Source: Planctomycetota bacterium (GTDB lineage: Bacteria; Planctomycetota; PLA2; JAEUHO01). Taken from it: a stretch of DNA of 64,000 nt. This document shows positions 7,972 through 17,565 of this stretch, in pieces (within the stretch, counting starts at the first letter, position 1; each line of letters starts with the position of its first letter). The stretch covers positions 32,001 to 96,000 of the forward strand of contig CBDCWP010000026.1 of assembly GCA_965223505.1 (NCBI GenBank), in the 5' to 3' direction. The notes beneath the pieces were generated by a model. It was not told the DNA's origin, ran no database searches, and saw only the letters and a list, made by a program, of their open reading frames with translations. A program made the position numbers and the translations under genes.

Positions 7972-10452
7972 CTAGCAGCACGCCTCGCCCGGCACGCAAC
8001 CGTTCTCCAACGTCGGGAACGGTTGCGTCGGATCCGTCACCAGGAACGACGACTGGTACGGCGCGACGCGCAGCTTCGCCGCCGTGTCCGTGCAGACCTC
8101 CACCGGTACGCCGCGCGGGAAGCGATGGCCCTCCTCGTCCACGACGGCCTCGAACGGCCCCAGGAACGTCGCCGTCTCGCCGATGTAGACGCACCCGGCC
8201 TTCTTCTCGTACTTCCACGCGCGGACCGTGACCGTCAGGTAGGTGACGTCTTCCACGCTGCGCCACGGCGCCCTGCGCAGCACCTCCAGACCGTGGAAGC
8301 CGGCCCGCCGCAGCATCGACAGGAAGGCGTCTTCCGAGAGCGCGCCGGAGAGGCACTCGCCCCACAACCTGCCGTCGACCTTCTGGTGCGGCGGCACCTC
8401 CCGGTCGGCGACGATGTCCGAGATGACCGCGCGGCCGTTGTCCTTCAAGACGCGCCAGATGCCCGCGAGCACGCGCTCCTTGTCCGGTGACAGGTTGATC
8501 ACGCAGTTGCTGGTCACGCAGTCGACGCTGGCCGCCTCGACGGGGATCTCCTCGAGGAATCCCTTGCGGAACTCCGCCACGTCGAAGCCGAGACGTTCGG
8601 CGACCAGCGGTTTGTTCTCCGCCGCGACCGCGAGCATGCGATCCGTCATGTCCACCCCGATCGCGCGTCCAGTCTCGCCGACCTTCTTCGCCGCGATGAA
8701 CACGTCGATGCCGGCGCCCGAGCCGAGATCGAGGTAGGTCTCGCCCGCTTGGAGTCCGCAGCGCGCGACCGGACTCCCGCATCCGTAGAAGCGGTCCAGG
8801 ACGGCCTGCGGAATGTGCGACGTGTCCTCCGGCTCGTAGCTCGTCGGACAGCACAGCTCCTCCTGCGGTTCCTCCGCGGCGTCGCCGTAGAACTCGCGCA
8901 CGACCTTGCGGGCGGCGTCGAGATCGTAGGAGAGCACGCATTCGCTGTGGCGAAGGCGCACGCCGGGCTCCGGCGCCGCGTCTACCTCCTTGTCGCCGCA
9001 CAGAACGGCGCCCTGCCCCATGGCGCGCTCGATGCGGGCCGCGTCGAACCCGGCTCGGTTGCGATGCGCCTTGCGCGCGTGCACCAACCGGTCGAACGCG
9101 TCGGCGATCATGCCCTTGTGCAGCTCGCAGTACGGGTCGTGCGCGAGGAACGACTTCTTGCCGAGCTGCGCGGGGCCGGCGTGCCAGGCGTGCTCGAGAT
9201 CGCCGCCGCCGCACAGGAACCGCAGCGAGCAGTCGCGGCACACGGCCTTCTCGGTGAGCGACAGACGGCGGATGTCCTCAAGCACGGTGCTCGTGCGCCA
9301 GATCGTCTCGAGCGACTGCTCGTTGAGGTCGCCGGCCCGAAGGTCCGACTCGCCGGCGAGCGCCGCACTCGGGTACACGCCCCCGTCGGCGTAGATGCAG
9401 AGACTCTCCCAGCCCATGTTGCTCAGGTCGTGGCGCGTCCCGGCGCGCGCGGTCAGCCGTTGCTCGACGGAGACGTCGTTGTCGACCGTGACGTCGAGCT
9501 CGTCGGCGACAGCCCGCACCTTGCGAACGACGTCCAGCACTCGTTCCGGCGCCAGCTCGAGGTCGTCGCCGGCCCGGCCGCGGTGGTGCAGCCAGAGCAG
9601 GTGGTGGTTCTTGACCCCCATGCCGGCGAGCAGGCGCGTGGTGTCGGGAAGATCCTCCGCATTCGACGCCATGATCACGGTCGTGACCGTGACCCGCAGG
9701 CCCGCATCGACCGCCTTGCGAATCCCGGCGTTGATCTTCTCGAACGATCCTTCGCCCCGGCACGGGTCGTTGAGCGCCGGCGTGCTGCCGTCGAGCGAGA
9801 TCTGCACGCGGAAGCGGTCGGTCGGGAAGTCCGAGAGCGTGCCGAGACGGTCGTCGGTGAACAGCATCCCGTTGGTCAGGACGCATACCTCGGTGTCGTC
9901 GTGACCGAGGATCCATGCGATGAGGCCGACCATGTCCTTGCGCAGGAAGGGCTCGCCGCCCGTGATGAACACGCGCTTCACGCCCAGATCGAGGCCCTGC
10001 CGGATCCACCCGCGCAATACGTCGGGCGCGACGCCTTTGTCGCCGTCCGGCCCGGACGACACGAGACAGTGCGCGCACGTCAGGTTGCACGAGTTGTTCG
10101 AGTGCACCCACAGCTCGCGCAGGTTCGCAAGCCGCAGACGCCCGGCTCGGCCCTCGTAGGCGCGCGCGGCGGACGGGGCGTGGCGCAGGAAGCCCTCGCG
10201 CAGGGCGTCGAGCGCGAAGCTGTGGACGTGCATCCACGCCTTGCCTGGGTCGTAGCCGAACGAGGAGCCGTACGACTGCGTGACATCGTCGAGGTTGCGG
10301 CGGCCGTCGAAGAGCGAAGCCAGTCGCTCACCCCGCTCGTCCGTCCCGATCCAGTGCGGTCCCTCGGGATCGATCAGGACCCGCGTGCCGTTCCGGCTCA
10401 GGCGGGCCATGGGGGGCGCGTGAAGCACGCTGGAGCCGTCGATCGTCGCCAT
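7972..10452 (-). CDS. PqqD/RRE-like + radical SAM + SPASM-like + ArsM-type methyltransferase fusion protein
   Basis: CNLTCAHC and TGGEP (radical SAM); CRDCSLRFLCGGG...C (SPASM-like); LCC, FYGCG, LDLGSGAG, SNCVINL and GECLSGA (ArsM/AS3MT); C-terminal CC. GAGGAGGAGG RBS. Confidence 0.85.
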   Translation of the reverse strand: MATIDGSSVLHAPPMARLSRNGTRVLIDPEGPHWIGTDERGERLASLFDGRRNLDDVTQSYGSSFGYDPGKAWMHVHSFALDALREGFLRHAPSAARAYEGRAGRLRLANLRELWVHSNNSCNLTCAHCLVSSGPDGDKGVAPDVLRGWIRQGLDLGVKRVFITGGEPFLRKDMVGLIAWILGHDDTEVCVLTNGMLFTDDRLGTLSDFPTDRFRVQISLDGSTPALNDPCRGEGSFEKINAGIRKAVDAGLRVTVTTVIMASNAEDLPDTTRLLAGMGVKNHHLLWLHHRGRAGDDLELAPERVLDVVRKVRAVADELDVTVDNDVSVEQRLTARAGTRHDLSNMGWESLCIYADGGVYPSAALAGESDLRAGDLNEQSLETIWRTSTVLEDIRRLSLTEKAVCRDCSLRFLCGGGDLEHAWHAGPAQLGKKSFLAHDPYCELHKGMIADAFDRLVHARKAHRNRAGFDAARIERAMGQGAVLCGDKEVDAAPEPGVRLRHSECVLSYDLDAARKVVREFYGDAAEEPQEELCCPTSYEPEDTSHIPQAVLDRFYGCGSPVARCGLQAGETYLDLGSGAGIDVFIAAKKVGETGRAIGVDMTDRMLAVAAENKPLVAERLGFDVAEFRKGFLEEIPVEAASVDCVTSNCVINLSPDKERVLAGIWRVLKDNGRAVISDIVADREVPPHQKVDGRLWGECLSGALSEDAFLSMLRRAGFHGLEVLRRAPWRSVEDVTYLTVTVRAWKYEKKAGCVYIGETATFLGPFEAVVDEEGHRFPRGVPVEVCTDTAAKLRVAPYQSSFLVTDPTQPFPTLENGCVPGEACC

Positions 10453-10640
10453 GGGGCCTCCTCCTCGACGCGGAAAGGACGTACGTTCCGGTCGTCCGCA
10501 TTGCAGCGGGGTGCGGATCCTACCGCACCCCCGACCACGGGTGCGCGGGGGCGGGGGACGGGGATCCCGGAAGCGCGGGGGGCATCGAGATCGGTCGACG
10601 GGGGGTTGAAACCGGGGTACACCCGAGCCGGAGGCCCCCC

Positions 10641-12110
10641 ATGCGAACGGTCCGACTCGTGCTGATTTTCGCCCTGCTCCTGGTTTCGACAGCGGCCGCG
10701 CACGCCGAGGAGCAACCGGCGACGCGACGCATCAAGATCCCGGCGGCCTCGCTCACCGTCGACGTGCCCGCCGACTGGACCGTCGACCAGTACGACGACG
10801 CGCCGCTCAAGCTGTCCAAGGGCAAGGCGGCGGTCTGGTTTCGAACCGTGGCGGCGGCGCCGGGCGGCTCGAACGACCTCCAGCGCCTGGCAGACCGCGT
10901 CGGCGCCGACTTGGCGAACCCGCCCAAGGTCGCTCGCTGGAAGGTGAAGGGCGCGTTCGGCGCGCGTGCGCTCTGGTACGAGGAGGAAGGACAAACGCGC
11001 TTCGCCGGCATCATCAACGTCACGGACAAGTCCGCGATTCACGTCGAGGCGTACATCAGCGAGCCGGAGCAAGACACCCGCAAGGCGCTGGAGGCGATCT
11101 TCGGGACCGTGAACACGACCGCGTTCGCGCACCCCGAGCGCCATGTGAGCTGGAACGATGGCTGGACGCTCGAGATTCCGTCCGACTGGACGCGGCAGCG
11201 GGACGAAGCCCACGCGAACCGGGTGCGCCTGCGCTCGCCCGGCCGATCCGGTGTCACCCTGCGCATCGATCGCGTCACCGAGAAGGCGGCCGCGGAGACG
11301 GCCGCGCAGCGCGTGCGCCGCATGATCGACGCGACGGCGGAGACGATCCGCGCGCGGGGCCTGAGCTTCTCGATCGAGGGCGAGGGCGGGGACATGGCCA
11401 TCGGCTCGACCGACTTGAAGCACGGCGATGCCGCGCCGTCGTTCCGCGGCCGCGCACGCATCTCACGGGAGGGCATGGCGCAGCCGATCTTCATGCACGT
11501 CGAGGCGCTCCTCGTCGGCCGCATCGAGCTGTTGCTCGCGTGCACGGGCGGCGCGAAGGATGTGCTCGAGGCGGCGCGCGCGACGGCGGCCACGCTGCAG
11601 GAAGGCACGCATCCGGGGCCCTATGAGATTCGGGTGCCGGCCCGGCCCGACCGCTTCGAGAGCAAGAAGGCGCCTCCGGTTCGCTTCGACCTGCCCGAGG
11701 GCTGGACGCTGGGCACGCCGCGAAGCCCCATGCGGCTGGCGGAGATCCAGGCGCCGGGCGGGCTGCACGGCTCCGTGTACTACTTCGGCGAGGGCCGGGG
11801 CGGCGGCCTCGAGCCCAACATCGAGCGCTGGAAGGGCCAGTGGACCGAGGCCGGCGAATGGAAGCGCGAGACGCTCGAGCTGGACGACGACATGCGGGCG
11901 ACGCTCTTGTCGGGTTTCGGCCGCTACGTCGCGCCGCTGCGGCCGGGGTTGCCGGACAAGCACGACAAGCCCGACCACGGGTTGCTGGCGGCGTATGTCG
12001 AGGTTCCCAAGGGCCCGCTCATGTTCAAGATCGTCGGGCCGAAGAAGGACGTCGAGAAGGCCGCGACCGCGTTTCGCAATTGGATTCGCAGCTTCAAGCC
12101 TGCGGACTGA
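10641..12110 (+). CDS. Secreted hypothetical protein with three P-x-(D/G)-W repeat modules
   Basis: Signal peptide ending AHA-EE; GGAGG RBS; VDVPADW, LEIPSDW and FDLPEGW; GGGLEPNIERW motif. Confidence 0.7.
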   Translation: MRTVRLVLIFALLLVSTAAAHAEEQPATRRIKIPAASLTVDVPADWTVDQYDDAPLKLSKGKAAVWFRTVAAAPGGSNDLQRLADRVGADLANPPKVARWKVKGAFGARALWYEEEGQTRFAGIINVTDKSAIHVEAYISEPEQDTRKALEAIFGTVNTTAFAHPERHVSWNDGWTLEIPSDWTRQRDEAHANRVRLRSPGRSGVTLRIDRVTEKAAAETAAQRVRRMIDATAETIRARGLSFSIEGEGGDMAIGSTDLKHGDAAPSFRGRARISREGMAQPIFMHVEALLVGRIELLLACTGGAKDVLEAARATAATLQEGTHPGPYEIRVPARPDRFESKKAPPVRFDLPEGWTLGTPRSPMRLAEIQAPGGLHGSVYYFGEGRGGGLEPNIERWKGQWTEAGEWKRETLELDDDMRATLLSGFGRYVAPLRPGLPDKHDKPDHGLLAAYVEVPKGPLMFKIVGPKKDVEKAATAFRNWIRSFKPAD

Positions 12111-12123
12111 CCGGTCACGGGCC

Positions 12124-12243
12124 GTAGGGGCAACCCTTGTGGCTGCCCAACCGCACATGCGTTCAGACCTGATCGACGAACGAGGGTCGCCCCTACATCC
12201 AACCCCGCTCCCGGAGCCCGGGCCCGTCGCGGGTCGCCCCTAC
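12124..12243. repeat. REP cluster (one forward, two inverted/degenerate copies)
   Basis: GTAGGGGCAACCCTTGTGGCTGCCC at 12124-12148; copies ending GGGTCGCCCCTAC at 12196 and 12243. Confidence 0.8.
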
Positions 12244-13211
12244 AGCGTCAACGCATACACCGCGAACTGCGGGACCCAATGGTCGTACGCCGCATAGTCG
12301 CCCTTGTGCGCCGCGAACTCCTTCAGACCCTGCCGCACGTGCGCCTCGTACGCCTGCTCGAAACGCTTCCGCTCGGCCTCCGGCGCCTTGCGGCTCAATT
12401 TCTTCAGCGCCCACGCCCGGCTCCAATTCATGCCAAAGTGATGCGGCCTCGGCTTCGCGTGCACGATCGGCTTCAGATCCGCGTCGGCGATGGGCCGCTT
12501 CTTCAGGAACGCGTGAAGCGTCGTCTCGTCCAGCGTCTCGGCGATCAAGTGCACCCAATTGCCGAAACGCGAGAAGAACTCCTGTCGCTCATTGTCGGAG
12601 CCGAAGCTCAGTTTCTCGTCCCCGAGGAAGCGCTCACGAACGATCTCCTCGACCCGGCTGCAACCTGCATCGTCCTTCACGTAACGGAAGAAGGCGTGCA
12701 CCTGCACGAGCGCCCACGCGTCGTTCGCGTACTCGCGCGACGCGGGCGTCGGCGAGCCCTTCTCCAGGTACTCGATCAGGGTCTTGGCCTGCACGGACGC
12801 CACGCGCCTCAGCGGCTCGTGCGGCTTGATCGAATCGGCCTCGATCGCGAGGCGCAGGAACCAAGCGCGCCCGTACGGCAGCTCGAATGCCGGGCGCTTG
12901 ACCAAGTCCGCACTCTCGGCTTCCAGCGCTGTGGCGGTGAAACGCTCCAGTACGCGGTCGGCAAGGGCCTTGTGACGCTTGACCGTGCGCGCGATCCGAA
13001 GCAATGCCCAATGGCCGTGTACCGAGGAGTGCCAGTCGTAGCAGCCGTGGAAGATCGCGTGTTCGGTGTCCTTGCGCTCGATCGCGTCCTTCAGAATCGG
13101 CACGAACGCATCGAGTGCCTCGTTCACGTCGATCGTCTCGTCGTCGGCGTGCACGGGCAGCACCCAAACCAGCAGAGCCACGCCCGCCAGTCGACGCACG
13201 TCAAACCACAT
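12240..13211 (-). CDS. DUF2891 family protein (start uncertain, ATG 13211 or GTG 13199)
   Basis: FHGCYDWHSSVHGHW, FELPYGRAWFL, HHFGMNWSRAW and HWVPQFAVYAL. Signal peptide ending VHA-DD. Confidence 0.8.
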   Translation of the reverse strand: MWFDVRRLAGVALLVWVLPVHADDETIDVNEALDAFVPILKDAIERKDTEHAIFHGCYDWHSSVHGHWALLRIARTVKRHKALADRVLERFTATALEAESADLVKRPAFELPYGRAWFLRLAIEADSIKPHEPLRRVASVQAKTLIEYLEKGSPTPASREYANDAWALVQVHAFFRYVKDDAGCSRVEEIVRERFLGDEKLSFGSDNERQEFFSRFGNWVHLIAETLDETTLHAFLKKRPIADADLKPIVHAKPRPHHFGMNWSRAWALKKLSRKAPEAERKRFEQAYEAHVRQGLKEFAAHKGDYAAYDHWVPQFAVYALTL

Positions 13212-14691
13212 ACCCGACGCAGCCGCGGCGCTCGGTGTCGGCACCCGCATTGAAGCCGCCTTCGGTCTGCGACACGGCCTGCACGCCGCCGAAGAAGAAG
13301 CCTGCCTCGTACGTGTACACGACCTCGTCGCCGAACTGCTCCAGCGCCGCCGCCTCGGGCGGTGTGCGTCCGTGCGCCTCGATGTAGATCGTGTCGCCTT
13401 CGGTGTGGATGCGCGGGTGCTTGACCGCCTGCTCGAGCGTCATGCCGCTGTCGATGATCTGCACGATCGTCTGCAGGATCGCCGAACGAATGCGAGCGCT
13501 GCCCGAGGCGCCGAGCGCCCCCCACCGGCCCTTTCGGTCGCGCAGGATCGTCGGCGCCATCGAGGTGCGCATGCGGTCGCCCGGCGCGTGGTGCTCGGAG
13601 GGCTTGAAGATGTCCTCTTCGCCCAGGAAGTTGTTCAGCATGATCCCGGTGCCGGGAATGACGAACCCGGCGCCCTCGCCGACGGTGGTCGTGAACGACA
13701 CGACGTTGCCGTCGGCGTCGATCGTAGAGCACTGCATCGTCGATCCCCCGGGGCACATGGCGAGGACCGCGTCGAGGTAACCCTCCTCGAAAATGCGCGC
13801 CTCGTACTCCTCGGTTCGAATCGCCGCGCTCACGCGCAGCGCGGTGGCGATCTCACCCCAGAACGCGGGGTCGTCCACCGGCGGCAATCGGTCGCGCGTT
13901 TCGAGGAACGCGAGCGCGGCAAGCACCTGCGCGCCGGTCAGGCTCGGCATCGCCGGCGCGAAGACGTTCCAGTCGCGGTACGTGCTGCGAAGCGGCGTGT
14001 GGTAGACGGGCTCGTACCGGGCGAGGTCCTCGAGCGTGATCACGCCGTCCGAGCACGCGGCGATGCGTTGGGCGATCTCGCCCCGGTAGAAGAGATCCAC
14101 CCCCTCGGTCACGATCGCCTCGAGCGTGTCGGCGAGGTCCTCGTTGTGCAGCCGGTCGCCCTCTTCCAGCACCTGGTCGCCCTTGCCGATCAACGCCCAG
14201 CCGCCCGGCGAGCGCCGGAAGACCGGCTCGAGCAGCCCGAACGCCTTCTCATGGCCTTCAGTGACCTCGACGCCCTCGCGCGCGGCCTGGATCACCGGTG
14301 CCGCCAGCTCCTTCATCGGCACGCTTCCGTAGCGCTCGTGCACGCGGAAGAACCCGGCCAGCTGACCGGGGGTCGCGATGGTCAGCGGTCCCACGAGGAA
14401 CGGCAGCCGCACGCCCTCGAACGGAACGATGACGACATCGGGTTCCCAGGGCGAGATGACGTCCCGGCCGTGGCCCGGCAGGCTCGCGAAGTGGTCGAGA
14501 ACGATGACGTCGTCGCCCATGCGCAGCGTCATCACGCCGCCGCCGGCGAGGCTGGTCATCGTCGGCAGCGTCAAGCTCGCCATGAGCCCGGCGGCGACGG
14601 CCGCATCGACGGCATTGCCGCCGGCGGCGAGGACGTCGGCGCCGTGACGGGCACTGGCGGCGTCTCCGGATGCGCAGGCTCCGCGGTTCAT
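13201..14691 (-). CDS. ggt: Gamma-glutamyltransferase family (Ntn hydrolase)
   Basis: GGNAVDAAVAA, nucleophile region GSTMQCSTIDADGNVVSFTTT, TGIMLNNFLGE, TSMAPT and GADTERRG. Confidence 0.9.
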   Translation of the reverse strand: MNRGACASGDAASARHGADVLAAGGNAVDAAVAAGLMASLTLPTMTSLAGGGVMTLRMGDDVIVLDHFASLPGHGRDVISPWEPDVVIVPFEGVRLPFLVGPLTIATPGQLAGFFRVHERYGSVPMKELAAPVIQAAREGVEVTEGHEKAFGLLEPVFRRSPGGWALIGKGDQVLEEGDRLHNEDLADTLEAIVTEGVDLFYRGEIAQRIAACSDGVITLEDLARYEPVYHTPLRSTYRDWNVFAPAMPSLTGAQVLAALAFLETRDRLPPVDDPAFWGEIATALRVSAAIRTEEYEARIFEEGYLDAVLAMCPGGSTMQCSTIDADGNVVSFTTTVGEGAGFVIPGTGIMLNNFLGEEDIFKPSEHHAPGDRMRTSMAPTILRDRKGRWGALGASGSARIRSAILQTIVQIIDSGMTLEQAVKHPRIHTEGDTIYIEAHGRTPPEAAALEQFGDEVVYTYEAGFFFGGVQAVSQTEGGFNAGADTERRGCVGYVV

Positions 14692-14731
14692 GGCGCGTAT
14701 CCTACGCGCGCCGCACCGGAGTGAGCCGCGC

Positions 14732-15328
14732 ATGCAGATCGATCCGACAACTCTCTCGCCCCGCGACGCCTACCGCCTCATGATCGCCTGCGTGATTCCA
14801 CGCCCCATCGCGTGGACGAGCACGGTCGACGCCGACGGCCGGCCCAACCTCGCCCCCTTCAGCTTCTTCGGCGGCGTCACGAGCAGCCCGATGACCGTGA
14901 TGGTGAGCGTGGGCCGGCGCGGCGGCGTCGAGAAGGACACGGGAGCGAACCTCAAGGCGACCGGCGAAGCGGTCGTGCACATCTGCACGCGGCCGCTCGC
15001 CGAATCGATGGTGGCGACGTCCGCCGAGGCGGCGCCGGACGTCAGCGAATTCGAGCTCGCCGGCCTGCCCGCGCTGCCGAGCGCGAAGGTGAAACCGCCT
15101 CGGGTCGCAACGGCCGCGATCGCGATGGAGGCCCGGGTCGCGCATCACATGACCGTCGGCACGGCGCCGGTGGACCTGTTCCTGCTCGAGGTCGTGCAAC
15201 TGCACGTGGCCGACGAGATGCTCGTGGACGGCCTGCCGGATCCGGCGCGGCTCCAAGCCGTCGGCCGCCTGGGCGGAGCTGGGTACTGCGACACCGCCGC
15301 GCCGTTCGAGGTGCGCCGGCCGGATTGA
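14732..15328 (+). CDS. Flavin reductase family protein (FMN-binding split barrel)
   Basis: PRPIAW, NLAPFSFF, KDT and VGRLGGAGY. Confidence 0.85.
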   Translation: MQIDPTTLSPRDAYRLMIACVIPRPIAWTSTVDADGRPNLAPFSFFGGVTSSPMTVMVSVGRRGGVEKDTGANLKATGEAVVHICTRPLAESMVATSAEAAPDVSEFELAGLPALPSAKVKPPRVATAAIAMEARVAHHMTVGTAPVDLFLLEVVQLHVADEMLVDGLPDPARLQAVGRLGGAGYCDTAAPFEVRRPD

Positions 15329-15475
15329 CGCGAAATAGGCGCGCCGCATTCGCGCCCATGTTTCACGACGGACGCACCCCATGTTGCTCCAGGGCTGGGG
15401 TCCAAGAGGCAGCCCGTCGTTGCGGCCACTCTCCGGTGCGTCGTTGGGGATGCGGCGGGCTGCCTCGCTTCTCGA

Positions 15476-15670
15476 TCAGACGTCGGGACGGTCGTCCGTC
15501 AACGCCAAGTTGTTGACCGCCTGCCACAACGACGCGATCGCCTCCCGAACATTGGCGTCGGCCGTCGGCGACAGGTCTTCGTCGAGGAGCGCCTTCAGGA
15601 CGTCGTACGCCTCGAGCAGCTTCGTCTCGGCCTGCGTGAGGTCGGCGCCGAGTAGATCCTTTCCGGACAT
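15476..15670 (-). CDS. 64-aa hypothetical protein MSGKDLLGADL...DDRPDV
   Basis: ATG overlaps the stop of the CoA ligase (TGATG). Helical sequence with normal codon usage. Confidence 0.7.
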   Translation of the reverse strand: MSGKDLLGADLTQAETKLLEAYDVLKALLDEDLSPTADANVREAIASLWQAVNNLALTDDRPDV

Positions 15671-17013
15671 CAGTTCGCTCCCTTCACCACGCGCTCGTCG
15701 AGCACACGCTTCGCCTTGAGCTCGAAACGCGGCAATGTGCCCGCCTCGACGCGCAGGACCTTGAATCCGAGCCCCTCGGTGTTGGTCGAGAGATCGCTCT
15801 GCAGCCGGCGCGCGACCGCGTCCCACTGGCCCTCGAAGCCCGAACGCACCTCGCAGCGCACCGCGATCTCGTCGCGGATGCCGTCCTTCGTGTGCAGGTA
15901 GATCTGGAACTCGTCGACCGCCGGATACTCGCGCACGATCGCCTCGACGGCGCGTGGATACACGTTCGTGCCGCGGATGAGCAACATGTCGTCGACACGT
16001 CCGCGAATGCCGCCTTCGTAAACGTCGAACGTTCGGCCGCAGCCGCAGATGGTGTGCGGCTGCTTGAGGACCAGGTCGCGCGTCTTGTAGCGCAGCAGCG
16101 GGATCGCGCCGCGGCCGAAGCTCGTAACGACACGCTCGCCCTGCTCGCCGTAGTCCACCGGCTCCCCGGTGTCGGGGTCGATGACCTCCTCGATGAAGTG
16201 GTCCTCGATGATGTGCGTGCCGCCCGGCTGATCGGAGCACTCGAACATCATGATCGTGCCGATCTCGGTCATGCCGGCGGTGTCGGCGGCGGCGGCCCCC
16301 CACTGCTCTTCGATCATGCGCTTGCTGGCCGGGATCGATCCGGCGGGCTCGCCCGAGAGGATCAGCCGGTCGACCTTGCCGGCGGGCAGATCCATGCCGA
16401 GGTCTTCGGCTTCCTGCGCGAGACGCAGCGCGTAGGTGGGCGTCGCGCAGACGACGGTCGCGCCGACCTCGTCGATGAGCCCGACGCGGTTCGCAGTGTT
16501 CATGTTGCCGGACGGCAGCACGAGGCAGCCGATCTTCTCGCAGCCGTAGTGCGCGCCCCAGAACCCGATGAAGGTGCCGTACGAGAACGCGAAGAACACG
16601 CGGTCGGTCGGCCGCACCCCGAAGCCGTAGAACCCGTAGCACCAACACTCGGAGATCCACTTCCAGTCCGTACGGCTGTCGAGCACGCGCAGGGGCGTGC
16701 GTCCGGACGTGCCCGACGTCGTGTGATAGCGGATCGTGTCGTCGGGCGTCTGGATCGTCATCTCGCCGAACGGCGGGTGCTCCTCCTGGGACTTCATCCA
16801 CGCGTCGCGCGTCGTGAAGGGGATCCGCTGCAGGTCGTCGACGCCCTGGATGTCGTCGGGCTTCACGCCCGCCTCGTCCAGCAGCTTCCGATGGAACGGG
16901 CTGTGCGCGTACGCCCGCTGAACGACGTTGCGCAGCCGGTGGCTCTGCAACGCCTTCAGTTCGTCACGCGGCATCGTCTCCGTCTTGGGATTCCAATAGG
17001 GGCTCGCAGTCAT
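15670..17013 (-). CDS. Phenylacetate--CoA ligase family (ANL adenylate-forming enzyme)
   Basis: TTSGTSG P-loop, ATPTYAL, SGEP, GMTE, LLRYKTRD, GRVDDMLLIRGTNVYP and LPRFELKAKR. Confidence 0.9.
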   Translation of the reverse strand: MTASPYWNPKTETMPRDELKALQSHRLRNVVQRAYAHSPFHRKLLDEAGVKPDDIQGVDDLQRIPFTTRDAWMKSQEEHPPFGEMTIQTPDDTIRYHTTSGTSGRTPLRVLDSRTDWKWISECWCYGFYGFGVRPTDRVFFAFSYGTFIGFWGAHYGCEKIGCLVLPSGNMNTANRVGLIDEVGATVVCATPTYALRLAQEAEDLGMDLPAGKVDRLILSGEPAGSIPASKRMIEEQWGAAAADTAGMTEIGTIMMFECSDQPGGTHIIEDHFIEEVIDPDTGEPVDYGEQGERVVTSFGRGAIPLLRYKTRDLVLKQPHTICGCGRTFDVYEGGIRGRVDDMLLIRGTNVYPRAVEAIVREYPAVDEFQIYLHTKDGIRDEIAVRCEVRSGFEGQWDAVARRLQSDLSTNTEGLGFKVLRVEAGTLPRFELKAKRVLDERVVKGAN

Positions 17014-17142
17014 GGCCGGCCGTCCTCCGTCCGCCGGCGTCGTCGCCGGGCGGGAGGAGGAATCTATCCCTACGCGCGCGCGATTGGTAGGGCCCTCCAA
17101 TCGACCCTCGATTCCGCGACGATCCCCCCGCAGAATCCGCGC

Positions 17143-17565
17143 ATGGCCTTCGAATTCGACCTTCCGGTGCACTACGCGTCGATCGACTTCGCGCGCATCG
17201 TCTACTACCCCCAGTTCCTGCACTTCTGCCACGTCACGATGGAAGAGATGTTCCGGGAGGTCGTGGGCGTGTCCTATCCGGACGCGCTGCAGAAGGAGCA
17301 GGTGGGCTACCCGACGGTCAAGAGCGAGGCGGACTTCGAGCGTCCCGTCGCCTACGGCGAGACGCTGCGCATGCGCATGTCGGTGACCCGGATCGGCACC
17401 AGCTCGATCGACTTCCTCTACGAGGGCCGCCGCTCGAGCGACGGTGAGTTGGCCTTCCGCGTGCACAACACCCAGGTCGCGGTGAACATGGCGGCGTGGG
17501 GCAGCACGCCGATCCCGGATCACCACCGTGCAGCGTTCGAGAGGCTGTTGGACGCGAATGACTGA
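17143..17565 (+). CDS. Acyl-CoA thioesterase (4HBT/hotdog fold)
   Basis: IDFARIVYYPQF, ADFERPVAYGE and RIGTSS. Confidence 0.85.
   Translation: MAFEFDLPVHYASIDFARIVYYPQFLHFCHVTMEEMFREVVGVSYPDALQKEQVGYPTVKSEADFERPVAYGETLRMRMSVTRIGTSSIDFLYEGRRSSDGELAFRVHNTQVAVNMAAWGSTPIPDHHRAAFERLLDAND

Noticed and set aside
7972..10452. Possible selenocysteine readthrough in the radical SAM-methyltransferase
   Set aside because: The ORF is uninterrupted and ends in TAG. There is no in-frame TGA.
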